Shown here: positions 23,218 to 36,829 of the stretch, piece after piece
Position numbering within the stretch: position 1 is the stretch's first letter
How the letters are laid out: each line of letters starts with the position of its first letter
From: Enoplolaimus lenunculus
Taxonomy: Eukaryota
Direction: 5' to 3'
Length of the DNA stretch: 64,000 bases
NCBI GenBank assembly: GCA_030248215.1
Contig: JASANG010003752.1
Coordinates: forward strand, 496,001 to 560,000
The notes under the pieces: generated by a model
The model's database searches: none
What the model saw: only the letters and a program-made list of their open reading frames with translations
What the model was told of the DNA's origin: nothing
Translations under genes and position numbers: made by a program

Positions 23218-26200
23218 TAACTCACAGCCTGAGTTTCGAAATGTGGGACAAAAAGTACTAGAGCGCTTGCAGCTAGAAAACCCAGCGGCAATTGCTCGCA
23301 CGTATGTGATTTTGGTATATCCAATAGAATTTGAACACGCAGACGGTATTGTTTTCGCTAATGACCACAGGACTGTCGGTTCAAATCAATACCTAGACAT
23401 TTGTGGTATAACTAAACTCGGTCAAACAGATCAAATTTGCAATCAGACTTAAAGGGGCTAATTCTAAAAAAAATAGCTCGTTTTTGGATGCCGACCTATA
23501 GATCAAGACTGATTTTAGCTCGTCTCGCTTTCCTATTCAGCCCAAACATCTATAATCTGATAAAGCGGAAGCCTAGAAAACGCATTCGCATAAAGGTTTT
23601 TTGTAATTTGGGGTCCTGTGACCGGTTTTCATTGCTAAAACCAACGGCTAAAAAGTTCACTTTGATTTTGTGTCTCGTGGGAAAACAACTATACAACCAA
23701 TCAACGGTCGGCATAAGTTTTGTTGGAAAACGACCAGATAAGCTTATTTACTTTCAGCAATGCAGAGTCGCAAGTTGAACACGAGCAGGAGCGACGTCTC
23801 CAGCATCAAACTCAACGCGTATGAGGTATAAAAACCTTCTGAGACTGTTATAAAGTTCTTGGTTTGGAAAATCGGCCTGGGACCCCTCAGAGGCGTGTTT
23901 GGAGTTCATTAAACACATATTTTTACGTAAATGACCAAAAGCAATAATCAGGTACAACCTTGATCAACCAAACTCGATTTCAAAGTAACCATTTTTGTTG
24001 ACGTACTTTCACAATTCGGATGCAAATTGTGCACCACAATATTTTACGCAAGCATGCAATTTCACCCAAATTATATCATATAAGAAGCTAAAGACACTGG
24101 ACCAAATGCTTAATTTCACTCTGGGCGTTGGTCAGGTTTATGTATTTTCGACACATAAAAATTTCTGTCCTATCAAATTTCACCAAAATGACGCTCGCAA
24201 CAGTTTACGTTGTCTTTCTTTGACACCATTTGACAGTTAAACTTGTTTCAAACGGGCAACAACTATTTCGGCTATGCTCAAAATTTGAACAAAGCTCGCA
24301 GGCGTACCCGCAGGCTAAAGATTCTGTCACATCTCAGGTGAACAGGAACAGCATATTTTGCTTGATGTGGTTGTAAATTGTTGTAGGAACAATTTCGTTT
24401 GGCGTCCTTGTAACTTTTGTTGAAACATTAACAGAAAGAGCCAGGAATATTTTGGAAAAATACACTACAGTACAGTCGTGTTCGATCTGTGATCGTTTAA
24501 TAAATTACTTATATATACATATACATATATATATGTATAATGTATATATATTTATATTTATATATACTTTATATATAAGTGGCCGAAATAGCCTTGTTTC
24601 AGCAACAGTATCGCAATAAACAGCTTTAAAATTTAGAAAAACTTGCTAATATATCTTCAACTTCAAGCATAGTTTCTTGCAAGCAACCTCAAACTGAACG
24701 ATTGTTTATTGCTCATTCTTATCAGTAGTATTGTTTTGGTAGATTTTAATTAATACATAATCATGAGTCAGATTGTAGATTCTGGCAAATTCTATTGGGA
24801 TCGCGACCGCGCAGTATAAACGCCTGGCCTAATGTCACATACGCTATGCGTTAATTATTCAGCAGGTTTGTGCTTAAGTAGGAAAGTGAAATGTCAACAC
24901 GCACGAGAAACATTTATGAGCTTTAGATGAGTAGCAAGCGGCTTCATGAAATTATCCCCATATACCAAGGGCGGTAGCCAAGATTTCATTTCGCAAGAAG
25001 ATAACAACGTGCAAAATAGTTTGTTTTTGCGAGCGAGCATAGCAAGCAAAAAAATTTTCTGACCTCTGTAGGTTATTGTGTGACCTGTAAAATTGTCTTT
25101 TTCGAATCTGTCACGAAATTTGGGGGGGCAAGGATACATTTTCTTACACCCTTTAAAACGACCTCACGTAGTACGAAGTATAACTAATACCAAGCAGTTT
25201 AAACGATAGAGAAACAGACGACAAACAAATTTTAAAATTTCAGAATTTCTGAATTTCATCAAAAGTTTAAATTTTGGCTGATATTTTATTGAGTTTTGTT
25301 CCATGAACTCATTCACGTTTATTTTTATTTGGTTTTCATCTGCAAACACCTACGTAGAGATAAGATCGAAGAATATATTCTGATATCAAATTTCGAAAAA
25401 AAGAAAAAAACCGGCGTTCGGCAGGTGCCAGAACAACTTTCTGGCTCTTTAGATTCCAAAAATATTTTATCATTTACTACGCTTGTTTGCAAGCGAACAA
25501 ATAAGAATAGGTATAGCATCCCAAAATTTAAATCCTTTGGTAATCCGTCACCTGCTTGTTTAAACCAAAGGCCACCAATTTGATTTTATGAAAGCCTAAA
25601 TACTATCGGGTGATAGGCGCTATACGTAGTTTAGCCGATCCTTGTGTCGAAACTAAACAAAAGTTTTAAAATGCGAGCAATTGGTTTTGCCGTTGAAATA
25701 CTTCGCAATCGCTTGAGATTAAAGACCGAATAATTTCCTCCGACTTGGGACAGAATGTTTGCTAGAAAATGAAAAAGGTAATTGAAAAGCAGACTAGTTT
25801 CACTAAAGTGCCAGTATACGTCAGGCGCAATGCTAAGCCAACCGTATGCAGGAACGTCTAGCCTAAAACGCAGCATATTTGCCAGGAAACGTTCGATCTT
25901 TTCATTCATTAGTAGTGGCTTAGTCTGAATCTTGATTTGGGGGGTCACTATAACATTGGTATGTGGTTTGTAATGCCAATTTGTTGCAGCTAACATTTGG
26001 TTCAGAAATACATTTTTAAGGTCGTTTTAGGGTCTCTGGCACTGCAGCATCGCAGGGCTGTCAGCCAGAACCAAAATTTTGTATTAAGCTTTAGTACTAA
26101 AATTGCGTTTGGTTTCTCGCTCATGAAGTTAAATTTTTTCTCGAACATATCTCGTAATTTCTTATCAAAAGTGTTTGAATACACCACTGGATTATGGCCT

Positions 26201-27325
26201 TTTTCGCACCCCATCATGCTACATTCCTGGTCTCGGCCGGTCATTCGTAAGTAACAACTGACCGATAGAAATTGACCTTTTGTCTGCGCAAGTACTGATG
26301 ATATTAGCCATTTTAGCTATTCGAGCGAAAATGCTACTTTATGCGCGTTCAACACGAATACTAAATTGCATGCCAACTGTTGCATATTAGCGAGCAGATT
26401 GCGTATTAAAGATCAGTTAGTGATTGCTCTTATATGTTGCTCTGAGAAGAACACTTAGGAAGATTGGCCAAATCACTTTAAGTTCAAACGGTTGTATTAA
26501 CAAGGAAACATTGCTAGAAATTGATATTCGACAGTTAGTAACGTTTTCATGAAACTGAACTATAAAATTAAAGGAAAAACAGTCAACTTGAAGTACTGTG
26601 ATTAAATCGACCATTATTGATAAGAACAAAGCTGCATATCGTATTTGTCATGCTTGCTATAAGCTGAGAGAAACGATAATTGTAATACTCAGTAGCCGAA
26701 AAATAACTTCAACTATAATTGGGGCCAACAATTTTTCGTTGCGTGTTATAATTCGAGCAAACATAAAACGCCGAAAAACATTAAAGTATACAAGTGAGTT
26801 ACAATAAGGTTTGTGGTTTAACTGCGTGGGATGATATTTGCTTTTCACAGTGCCGTAGCGCACAGAAGTGGGGACCCCACAAACTTCAGGGTGGGGCTAC
26901 CACGAAACTCCAGAGTGAGGTCCCCCAAACTCGCGAGAGAAGCGAGTGAGAAGCCAGACACATTTTAAAACTTCGGCGGTTTTTGATTCAACCGGTTAGG
27001 GTGTGGGGCCGCTATGCCTAATAATTGCCATATATTTATTATAGTTAACCGATGCTTTGGATAGCTATGCGTACATGTTGTTCAGAAAATTGTTTGAAGT
27101 AGGCAGAGAAGCACTTAACAAAAACATAAGCCAGCAAGCGCACGATATCGTAACGTTCCTAACTGTACTTCTGCTGAATGAATCAATCCAAAATTTGGTT
27201 TACCTTAACGCTTACCAGAAATTGATTGTGAAAGTTTTAGCCTAGAGTTTTTGCAAGTAATTTAAATCTGAATTTTGCATGATACCACGAGTAGATGATG
27301 CATACTTCAACAAGAATATGCAACT

Positions 27326-27570
27326 GGGTAGCCTTTGTATAGAAAAAATGTACCCGACACGCGCTGAGTTTTTGCTCTACCCCTCGCCCTTTATTTAAAC
27401 GGGAGTACAACCGGTGCGACCCATGGTAATTTGTGTATACAGTGTCAAATTTGCTCCCCTTATAGCTTATTTTAGCTGGTATTCATCATGTGATAGAGAC
27501 CCCCTCTAAACATGGGGGGTCGGACAAAAACGCAACCTCCGGTGGTACATTTTGAACCATGCGAAGCCTT
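27326..27570. mobile_element. Family J TIR element; solo ends at ~9278-9338 and 13857-13930
   Basis: GGGTAG...TGTATAGAAAAAATGTACC ... CAAAAACGCAAC...GGTACATTT shared among three loci. Confidence 0.55.
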
Positions 27571-29017
27571 AAGAGTTGCACGCTCTTGTATTATGCACTC
27601 TTGAAGATACTTTTTATTCGTTATTTGCTATTTCCATTTCACACTCTGAGTATATGCTAAGTGTTTCTGCAAAATAATTTATTAAATATACATAAGTGTT
27701 GCTTTGCTAAATAATCCCTGTTTACTGAAATAGGCTCAAAATCACCCCAATTTCATGTATTTTTATTTCCATATTTTCAGATAATTTTCAACACCAGCAG
27801 CGGAGTAGCTGCAATTTCTAATTTGTTTTTGCTTCACTGCAATTTCGTTTTCGAAATAACTCAGTTACAAAAAACCTGCCCGTTGGTTCTATCGGTTAAC
27901 ATTTTGCCATAAACAATGATTCTAGCAACAAAATCTGGCATTTCGATATCAAAACCAGGTCTTTGCCATTTTACTGACATATGTACAGTTACAAATCAGT
28001 GTAATTATCCGGAAAGCGAAAAACAAAAACCATATTTAGGTTCTGCCGTTTTTCAGCTGGTAACCGAAACCAGTGATGCATAAACCGGGCTTAAGCTGGA
28101 AGAATATATGAGTTTTCGAAACTAATTTTTCATAAATCTATGCAATATATCAGCACAAAACTGCCATGTAACTGCGAACTCATAATTGAACAACTGTAGT
28201 AGTTTAAGTGCGGTTTCTCTGTATTAGGGGCCTGGCTCCGAGGTGGGGGGTAATGATCAAACCCTCCCCTTGCGATTTTAGGTGTAGGGGTTTTTGGACC
28301 TTTTTCAATTGGAAATACCAAAAATCACTCCTATCGATATTTTTATAGAATATAGCGCTTCTTTTCAAAATCTGGGCCATGCCTGTGTAATATATAGACA
28401 CCGCTAGATAATTGGGATGTGCTATATAGTAGGGTACGTTGAAGAAACTTTGGAATAATCCGTGGCATCTTCAAATTTTCTTATTTTTACTCAAGATACC
28501 TACCTGTACGAAAAGGTTCTTAATAATGGACACAAGGGAATGCACCCTTTGGCACGTACTTGCTGGCATCCATGCTTACAAAGAACATGGAAGCTTAAAA
28601 GCGAAATTGGAAAAATAGAGAAACGACTACGGGCAAAGAAGAAAGTAAATTATTGTTGGCTTTAGGAAATCCTGATTTTGGCAGCAAATGTGTGACTCGG
28701 CAACGTTGGTGGCATAAATGAAGTGGACAACCCTTAATACCGTAATTTCAAAACCAGCGTTTTTGAGACTATAATTGCGTGATTGAACAGAGTCTAAAAG
28801 ACAAAAACAAAAACTGTAGTGTCGATTAGAAAATCAACAGGAATCAAGGCTTCGAGTTATGGAAATTGGTCAGGAAGGATAGAAAAGTTTTGGCATTCTT
28901 AGGAATAATGTTTTTACACATGTAGCTAGTATTTATGAATTCATCCATGTGACCTGATTCTTGCTACCGCGCAAAATATTTTGAAGAACACAGCATATGA
29001 GCGGAACTGTATAATGT

Positions 29018-30119
29018 CGGAGTGCGACCGGATATCCGGCTCCGGCTTTGGTTCCGGCAAAATATCGACCCGGTTATTTTTTAAAATACTTCAAAAAATT
29101 TACATCTTCATTCGTATTCATGCCAACTACAATCGAACCGATTGCCTTACTTTTACATATTTTTCTGCCCACACATGTAATGTAAATGTTTGCATGTGAC
29201 CATGTAAGTTCACAATCTTTATTGGGTTACAATAACGCTGAAAAACCAAATATAGATGACGGCTGTTATTCTTGTGGCGTGACATAAGAAATTTTTCAGC
29301 ATATTCCCATTATTCCTAAACGCTAAGCCTAAACTTCAGTGTAAAAATGGGTATATAAGTCTAAGCCTTAACCAAAGCAAAAATAATAGCGTTAGTCCTA
29401 GCCAGAAATCGGCGGAGACCGGCCATGAAAAGTCTTGGTCACGATCAATTTTTGACCTTAACCAAAAACATCAGAATTTTGATAGTAAAATATTTTCTAA
29501 TAGGTATTTCGCAGTTCCTTGAGATTTTCAATGTTTTTTGTGCTTTTTCAGAACCTCTGCTCTTAATTATTGCGTAACTATGAACATTCATAGACTCATA
29601 ACTAAATTTTATCCATCAGGCATCACTTGCTTCAACAATATTAACTTCTGCTTTTTACAGGTTTGCCAGCATTTGCTAAATCGTCGACTTCTAGTGTCGG
29701 TTCCAAACCACCGAGTTTCAAGAAACCGAGACCTGCCAAATATCGAGACTTGCCATAACTGAGACCGAAACTCCCATTCCTGATCTTCGCCACCTCTGTT
29801 TTATAGTACTTACAAAAAAATTGGATTCCTTTAAAAGGAACATGAACCAACCGAATATTGCAACTGAACGCAACGCTAAAAAACATGGAATAGTGTAAAT
29901 AGGATCGATGGTAAAGTGTTAAAAATGCATCGGTGTGGGATGTTATACTTGGTCACGTAAACACTATGGGTACCTTAAGCCACGGAACGAAGAATTGTAA
30001 GCTACGTGCGATATTTAAATGCAATCTAGTATTAGATTTTAATTCATTATCCGACTCCGCGTCCGGTCGGATATTTGATTATCCGACTCCGGCATGTTTA
30101 GGTATCCGGTCGCATCCTG
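29018..30119 (+). mobile_element. Longer family H element; related ends at ~37757, 41625 and 57584
   Basis: CGGAGTGCGACCGGATATCCGG ... ATCCGGTCGCATCCTG. Confidence 0.65.
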
Positions 30120-30213
30120 ATATATATGTATAAATTCACTGCAATCATTCACATAAATGGACATATAGAAATTTGGTAAAGTAAATTTTTGAAATTTAGG
30201 TCTTTGACGTAGT

Positions 30214-30409
30214 CAGTTCCGGAGCAATCAGGTGTGGGGGCTTCCCACAAATTCCAGCGTGGGGGCCTCCAAACTCGCGAGCGAAGCGATCGATAAGGCC
30301 AGGCGCATTTTAAACTTAAATGGTTTTTGTATCAACCCGTTAGGAAGGGGCCTCTTTACGAATGGGGCCCAATAAAAAGGGGTATGGCGGGTAACTGCTC
30401 CGGCCCGGG
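30214..30409 (+). mobile_element. Family I MITE
   Basis: TSD gacgtagt/gccgtagt. Confidence 0.75.
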
Positions 30410-31020
30410 GCCGTAGTGTACTAAAATCAAAACAACTAAAATATAACTTACAGCGTTAAGTTTCAACTCTTAGACTTCAATCCAAGAAGCTGTCTAAATT
30501 TTGTTAAGTATGCATATTTTGACGACTTCTATTTTATTCCACATCAGATATGATATCATCCCATCGAAGACATCCTGGAACCTAAACTGCAGCTTAAACA
30601 TGTGCCAAGACAGAGGAAGCATAGTGGTCAGTATTAACAAAAGCTGTTCAGTTTGGTATGGCAAGAATTACTTTAATTAAAAATTAATCCGTTCACAAAT
30701 TGAAGACTGACAACCGCTGCTTTGAATGTAACTTAAACACAAAAAATATATACCATGTAATAAAATATTTCGCCGACATTTCGAAACGTAGCCTAGGTTT
30801 CATTTCGGCAGAGTATAAATGTAACTACCACCAAGGCCAGAGATTTCAATATCGAAGCACATTATTTTTTACTTTTTTAATTGTAACATGAAAAAGTGGT
30901 AATTTATTATGATCCTTATAGCAATTTTGTGATGTATTTATTTTACTTATATCTTTTTTACATGTCGAGGACCGTAACAGTAGTATAAGCCTATTCCAAC
31001 GTCTAATCCCACTACACCTA

Positions 31021-31240
31021 AGCCCGTATTCTCAAATGTGTGTTGCCCTATCACCAGTTGGTGATAGATCCTGTAACTTTGTAACCATCTCACGGTGAGG
31101 TTTGAAATTAAGCACACTGTTCGCTTTTGATTTGCCCTACCTCTGTACATATTTTGACATCTGTAGTTGTAGTTGTTCGTCAATTTGAATACCTATCGGT
31201 AACTGATGATAGGTGTTGTACGCATTTGAGAATATGGGTC
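31021..31240. mobile_element. Family F MITE (Harbinger-like); related copies at ~7941-8187 and 10389-10590
   Basis: ~45-bp imperfect TIR GCCCGTATTCTCAAAT...CTATCA; TSD ambiguous. Confidence 0.65.
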
Positions 31241-31295
31241 CTGATCGTAAACCGCAGAGAAACAAAGTCAATAGCTAAGCGTAGGTGTTTACGTA

Positions 31296-31520
31296 CACTG
31301 CAAAAAATGGTGAGTCAAATTGACCGTCTCCGAAATAGACTTTTCCTGACTACACAAACTGAGTCAAAATTTGACTCCGCCTGCTGAGTCAAAATTTGAA
31401 TCCGCCTGAGCCAAATTCGCCTCAATTTGACTCTACCGAAGTCGAATTTTGCCTCAGCTTACGTAGTCAGGAAAAGCCTATTTCGGAGAGACTCAATTTG
31501 ACTCACCATTTTTTGCAGTG
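31296..31520. mobile_element. CACTG foldback MITE family D (CMC/EnSpm-like)
   Basis: Near fully palindromic; TIR CACTGCAAAAAATGGTGAGTCAAATTGA; 2-bp TSD TA. Confidence 0.85.
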
Positions 31521-31975
31521 TAAGCTTAAGTCTAAGCAAAAAAAATTAGCGCTTAAGCTTTCTCTATATCGCGTTCCGTGAAAAAAGGCTCCGATTTGCA
31601 GCCATACAAGGGAATTAGCATGTCACCGGTTTCCGTCTGGTCAGTAACGTAAGGCAAAAGTGTAAAAATTTTCTGAATAAATAAATGCGTTAATTTGTAA
31701 ATTAAGCAAAACAGCAAGAAAGTATTTATAGTTTTTCGTGCCGTTATACAATCAACCTTCGCGTACAACAAGCTAACATAAACATCTCGAATCCGAGCCG
31801 TTGCCAAGAGAGGGAGGGCAGAGGGGTGCGCTTTAGCTACCCTCCCTGGAAAAATTTTGCCCACCTACAAACGTTTCAACTTTACTTGCGAATAAGTCAA
31901 CGAAAGCCCTTATGCCCCTTTGTGAAAAACTACTAATCCAAAGAACTTGAGCTGAAATCCTAAATTCTAAGACTA

Positions 31976-32426
31976 CTGTAGTGACCCGAATAAGAGGGGG
32001 TAATAAAAGGGGGTCCCCATTTTGAGTCATAGTCAATAGGAGACCGTATTCCTAATAAGAGTCCGTAAGCGGATAGAGTCCCTAAACACTGATTAGAGTC
32101 CATTATATAAATGTGAATTATTCGTAATTTAAGCGCATTAATAACTAGAGGACCAAATAATCTTGAGTTCGAAATTTTAAAGAATATACACTTAAGTTTT
32201 GAAAGCAACATTTCAAAGTAAACCTTGCATTATCGCTCAAGCTTTTGATACAAGCCAAAAAACGTTTAATTCAACGGATAGTTGCAATACCTGATATATA
32301 GCAGTAAAGGAAGGGTGGCGGAGGGCTGATTGAAAATAAATAACAGTCCGTAACCGAATAGCAAGGGGGTACCCTCTGGAGGCCAAATAAATATCAATCC
32401 CTCCCCTCTTATTCGGGTCACTACAG
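31976..32426. mobile_element. Family C MITE
   Basis: TIR CTGTAGTGACCCGAATAAGAGGGG; TA TSD. Confidence 0.9.
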
Positions 32427-32779
32427 TACACATGGTCACAAGTTCTCAATTTGTTTAAACATACGACTATATTTACGTTTTAAAAGTGTTTTCTTCAACT
32501 TCCGGCAAATTAGCAAGAGACAAGAGAACAGTACCATTGTTTGTTTGTGTACACATAAAAAATTTCGCAAACGTTTCAACTTTCAACTATTTTATGTTTA
32601 AGGGTGGAAGGCGTTTAGCTTGACCCCTGAACTATACGAGCTTCTTCCTCGAATCCAAGGGGGGTCTAAAGTCATGCAGATACTTTATACATCACATTCA
32701 TAATTGTTAAACATTGCACATTGCGTATTTATCGCACGTACTCGTACGCTATTTGTCGTTAGTTGCTCACTGTATACTC

Positions 32780-33084
32780 GGCCAATGTTACTGTAAGGAA
32801 CGTCCAGGTTTCTGGTCGGTCCATAAAAAGGTAGTTTTAGATTCTAGATTACATTTTTTTGCTTAGGCTTAGGCTTAGGCTTAGGCTTAGGCTTAGACTT
32901 ATGCTTAGGCTTAGGCTTAGGCTTAGGCTTAGGCTTAGGAACTCATTTTTGCAACGCTTAGGCTTAGACTTATGCTTAGGCTTAGACTTAGGCTTACGAA
33001 CTCATTTTTGCAACGCTTAGGCTTAGGGCTTAGGCTTACAAATACGCTTAATCTACTGTTACGCACCTTAAAGTAACATTGGCC
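32780..33084 (-). mobile_element. Merlin-like MITE family B with expanded (TTAGGC)n
   Basis: TIR GGCCAATGTTACT.TAAGG; perfect TSD gtatactc. Confidence 0.9.
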
Positions 33085-33825
33085 GTATACTCTATGCGGT
33101 AAAAGTTTAACCTTAATTTTTACTCAACAAACCTAATATTGCTCAACCTCAATTGTTAAAAACAAAAATTGTTTTGGTTCGTAATATATTTTGTTGACAT
33201 TTGATACGCCTCATCACTTGTCAAATCAAGTTGAAAATAGCAAAAATACTTTTTTGAAACAAAAGGATGAATTTAATTGGATACGCTTCAAAATCGGTGA
33301 CGTTGTTTTTTTAGTTAAATGTCAACTGGCTCTTATGGTTTATCCTCGTGAGTTCATTGTTATACGTTTACGCAGTGCTTTGTTGCAGTTATAAGCGACG
33401 CCAGAATATTGCGTTGTCCAGCGGATTGAGTAAAAGTTGCCACAGCTTCAAATTTTCCACGTATATGAACTTTCTTCTCAATACCTATACATTATTGCTT
33501 ACAGAATTCGGTGGAAAGAGTGGGTCTCCCACTGCTCATGCCTTCCGACACCCATAGTGGCGAGTTCGCTAGTACTGCTCTATCAATTAAAAATGTGATA
33601 TCTTTGAGAGGTTTAGCTTCATGTGCCAGTCAGTGACTGTGCGTGTGATAAATTAGCTTGCGTTTGATAGACATATATGTTAACTGATATAAATATATTA
33701 ATGGTCTGATAATAACATTGTAATAGAGTAAGTAATACTGTAGCAATATACTCAAATGAACCACGCCTTTGAACCGAATTGATTATTTCAAAGTTACGCA
33801 TATTCCTGGTTTGACAAAAATAGAA

Positions 33826-34197
33826 ATTGAAAACTTTTAAATTATCATATATCGACAGAATTTACTAATTTTTAGTCGTCTATAACAGATCAAGCTAACT
33901 TCAGTTTGAGAGTTATCAGAAAAAGGTTAATATTCTATTGATTTTAGAAAGTACAGTCAAAAACTAGTCATCTAATGCAGTTTACAAGAATTGAAAACTT
34001 TTAAATTATCCAATTTCGACAAAACTTACTAATTTTTGGTCGTCAATGACAGATCAAGCTAACATCAATTTGAGAGTTTTTAGAATTAGATTAATATTCT
34101 AATTAACTTTTTAACTATTTGACTTTAGAACGAACTTTGTAACTATCTGACATTAGAAAGTGCAGTCGAAAACTAGTAATCTATCGCAGTTTACAAG
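33826..34197. repeat. Diverged ~165-bp tandem duplication; second copy carries an insertion
   Basis: AATTGAAAACTTTTAAATTATC...ACAGATCAAGCTAAC...GCAGTTTACAAG occurs twice. Confidence 0.8.
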
Positions 34198-34667
34198 CAG
34201 TATTTCTACACTTGCATGTGGTGTGCTCAATTGTTTTAAACACCACCACAGCGAAATACACTCAATTGAAATCTTATTATTTCAATTTCAAGATACCAGA
34301 GGTTAACACTATCTCGTTACCCATGCAGCAATTGCTAGCTAACCATGCTAGAGAGGAGTTAAAAAGTTTCTGTATTGCGTACAAGGGTTTACGGTGAGTT
34401 ACAACAAAGATTGAAAGTTTTTTGGGGAGGGGTGCAAACTTTTCAAAAGAATGAGCCCCCGGGCCCACCGCTGACAACGGGCCAGGCTCAAAATAAATAT
34501 TGGGCATTAAGTAGGTGCTCCTATTTTATACGGTCATGTCACTGCTGTAATAATCGAAACATAAGTCAATGGAATTCTGAAAAATGCTAAATATTTTCAG
34601 TTTAAATTTTCTTTCTTGCCCACCAGCAAGTGTCATAGCCAGCTCCCCTTGCTAAAGGGGGCTAAAA

Positions 34668-35094
34668 TTGTGACTCACATAAGACGGAGTAATAAGAGGG
34701 ATTTCATTTTGAGTCCCAATCAATAGGAGTCTGTATCCCGAAAAGAGTCCGTAAGCGGTTAGAGTCCCTTAACTTTAATTAGAGTCTATAAATGTCAATT
34801 GTCCCTAATTGTATTGCATAAATGACTCCAGTACCAAATGAAACGAAGTTCCAACTTTAAAGCTTACTTTAGTTTTGAAAGTACATTTTTAAGTATAACC
34901 TAGCATTATAGCTCAGGCTTTTGATACAAGTCAACTAAAAGTTTAATTCAACGGATAGTTGCAATACCGGACATATCAGTAACGTTTGAACGGCAGGTGA
35001 AAATAAATAACAGTCATTAACCGAATAACAGGGGGTACCCTCTGGAGAGGCCAAATAAATATCAGTCATCCCCCTAATTTTCGGGTCACTGCAG
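34668..35094. mobile_element. Family C MITE, degenerate left end
   Basis: Colinear with the 31976 copy; right end TCGGGTCACTGCAG|TA. Confidence 0.8.
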
Positions 35095-36261
35095 TATTTT
35101 ACCAATTAGCCAAAAACATGAAAGGGAACACGGATTCAAAAACTTTTCGCATTCGGCCTCAAAAATTAAATCTAAAATTTTAAAGCACAAATGGTATTTT
35201 CCCCCAACGAAACATCTTATACCGGGCACGGACCACGCGATTTTGTTGTAAAACAACATATTACGTACACAATCCGTACGGACCAAAACATCAGCCGTGA
35301 AATCGGTAACCTTATCCTGATTCCTCATGTTGCGGACATAAAATGTAAATTCCCAATGGAGCATACAGAATAATACGATAAACAACGCATGCCAGATCTT
35401 AATTACAACTGGGACAAACGGGAATGATTACTTACTCTGCCACATAGGCGCCATGGATTTTGGCTTTCTCAACTAAATAATGAAGTTATTAAGCCTTTGT
35501 TTGGTTCTGGGTACCGGTGAAACAAATAATTTGTTACGTCTTTGACTTTAGATCAGTGTAAATTCTAGTGAGTTGAATTTAACTCAGAATGAGTTGAATC
35601 ACGAGTTAGGAATATCAGAACTCACACTTATTAGTTGATTCAACTCATTCTGATTTAATTAATCAACTCCCACGAAGTCAATTCAATTCACAGTGAGAAT
35701 CCACTCAACTCAGAGTGAGTGAAAGTTTACTGTTATTAACTCAAAAATACCTTACTTTCCGTCTGAGAGTTGATTAATCAACTCATCGGAATTGTCTGTG
35801 AATATGCTTATTCCGGTCGATGGCCAGTGGCATATAGTTCGCTGGGTATAGAAAATATTTCTCCTACGGAAAGTCTTCGAGAGACCAAAATATCGATTCT
35901 TTCGCTGTATTTACAATGACTTACTGGACTTCGAAGGTCATATTTTTGCACTCACTGCGCTCGCTCAATAAAAACTTTTACATGAACATTAACTCTCAGA
36001 ATAAATCGTAGCTTACAAGCCTGGCGATAATTTTAATATTTACATCCGGTCGTCAACGTTTGCTGATTTGGTAGTTGACCTTTGCTGGTTGAAAAAGCGT
36101 TTAGACACAGAAAGGGACGGGAATCACCAGGGTTATGTTGTGATATACAAAAACTGTCAGATCAATATTTATGTATATAAGGTGTTAACGAATGGGTAGA
36201 TGAGAAAAACAATAACTGAATAGAAATCTTTTAAAACCGTTTTGGATTGGGCCGTAAACTA

Positions 36262-36470
36262 CGCTGCAAAAAATGGTGAGTCAAATTGACTCTCTCCGAA
36301 ATAGGCTGTACCGGACTACACAAACTGAGTCAAATTAGACTCCGCCAGAGTCAAACGTGCGACTTAGTGAGTCGAACTTCATTCTGGCGGAGTCGAATTT
36401 GACTCAGTTTACGTAGTCCCGTAGAGCCTATTTCGGAGAGAGTTAATTTGACTCACCATTTATTGCAGTG
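36262..36470. mobile_element. Family D foldback MITE
   Basis: Long inverted arms; TSD TA. Confidence 0.85.
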
Positions 36471-36622
36471 TAGAAGGTTGTCACGGGGAGTTCAGACCCT
36501 TGTTTAGAAAATATGTGCCGTCTAGAAATCAATTAGTCCCGTTTGTAAGCTGTGTAAAATCACTATATGCCTTCCGTATTATTTCTTGGTTACGACTCCA
36601 AAGAAGTTTAACTGGCTACGTG

Positions 36623-36829
36623 CACTGTAAAAAATGGTGAGTCATATTGACTCTCTCCGAAATAGGCTCTACGGGACTACACAAACTGAGTCAAATTTGA
36701 CTCCGACAGAGTCAAATTTGACTCACTAAGTAGCACGCTTGACTCTGGCGGAGTCGAATTTGACTCAGATTGTGTAGTCCCGTAGAGCCTATTTCGGAGA
36801 GTCAATTTGACTCACCTTTATTTGCAGTG
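36623..36829. mobile_element. Family D foldback MITE
   Basis: CACTG...CAGTG; 2-bp TSD TG. Confidence 0.85.

Noticed and set aside
23758..23825. Plus-strand exon candidate (ttactttcag| ... GAG|gtataa)
   Set aside because: Isolated; no partner exons or recognisable protein
32863..33036. True telomere or chromosome-fusion scar; nematode origin inferred from TTAGGC
   Set aside because: The arrays are short and bracketed by TIRs and 8-bp TSDs; they say nothing reliable about host telomeres or taxonomy
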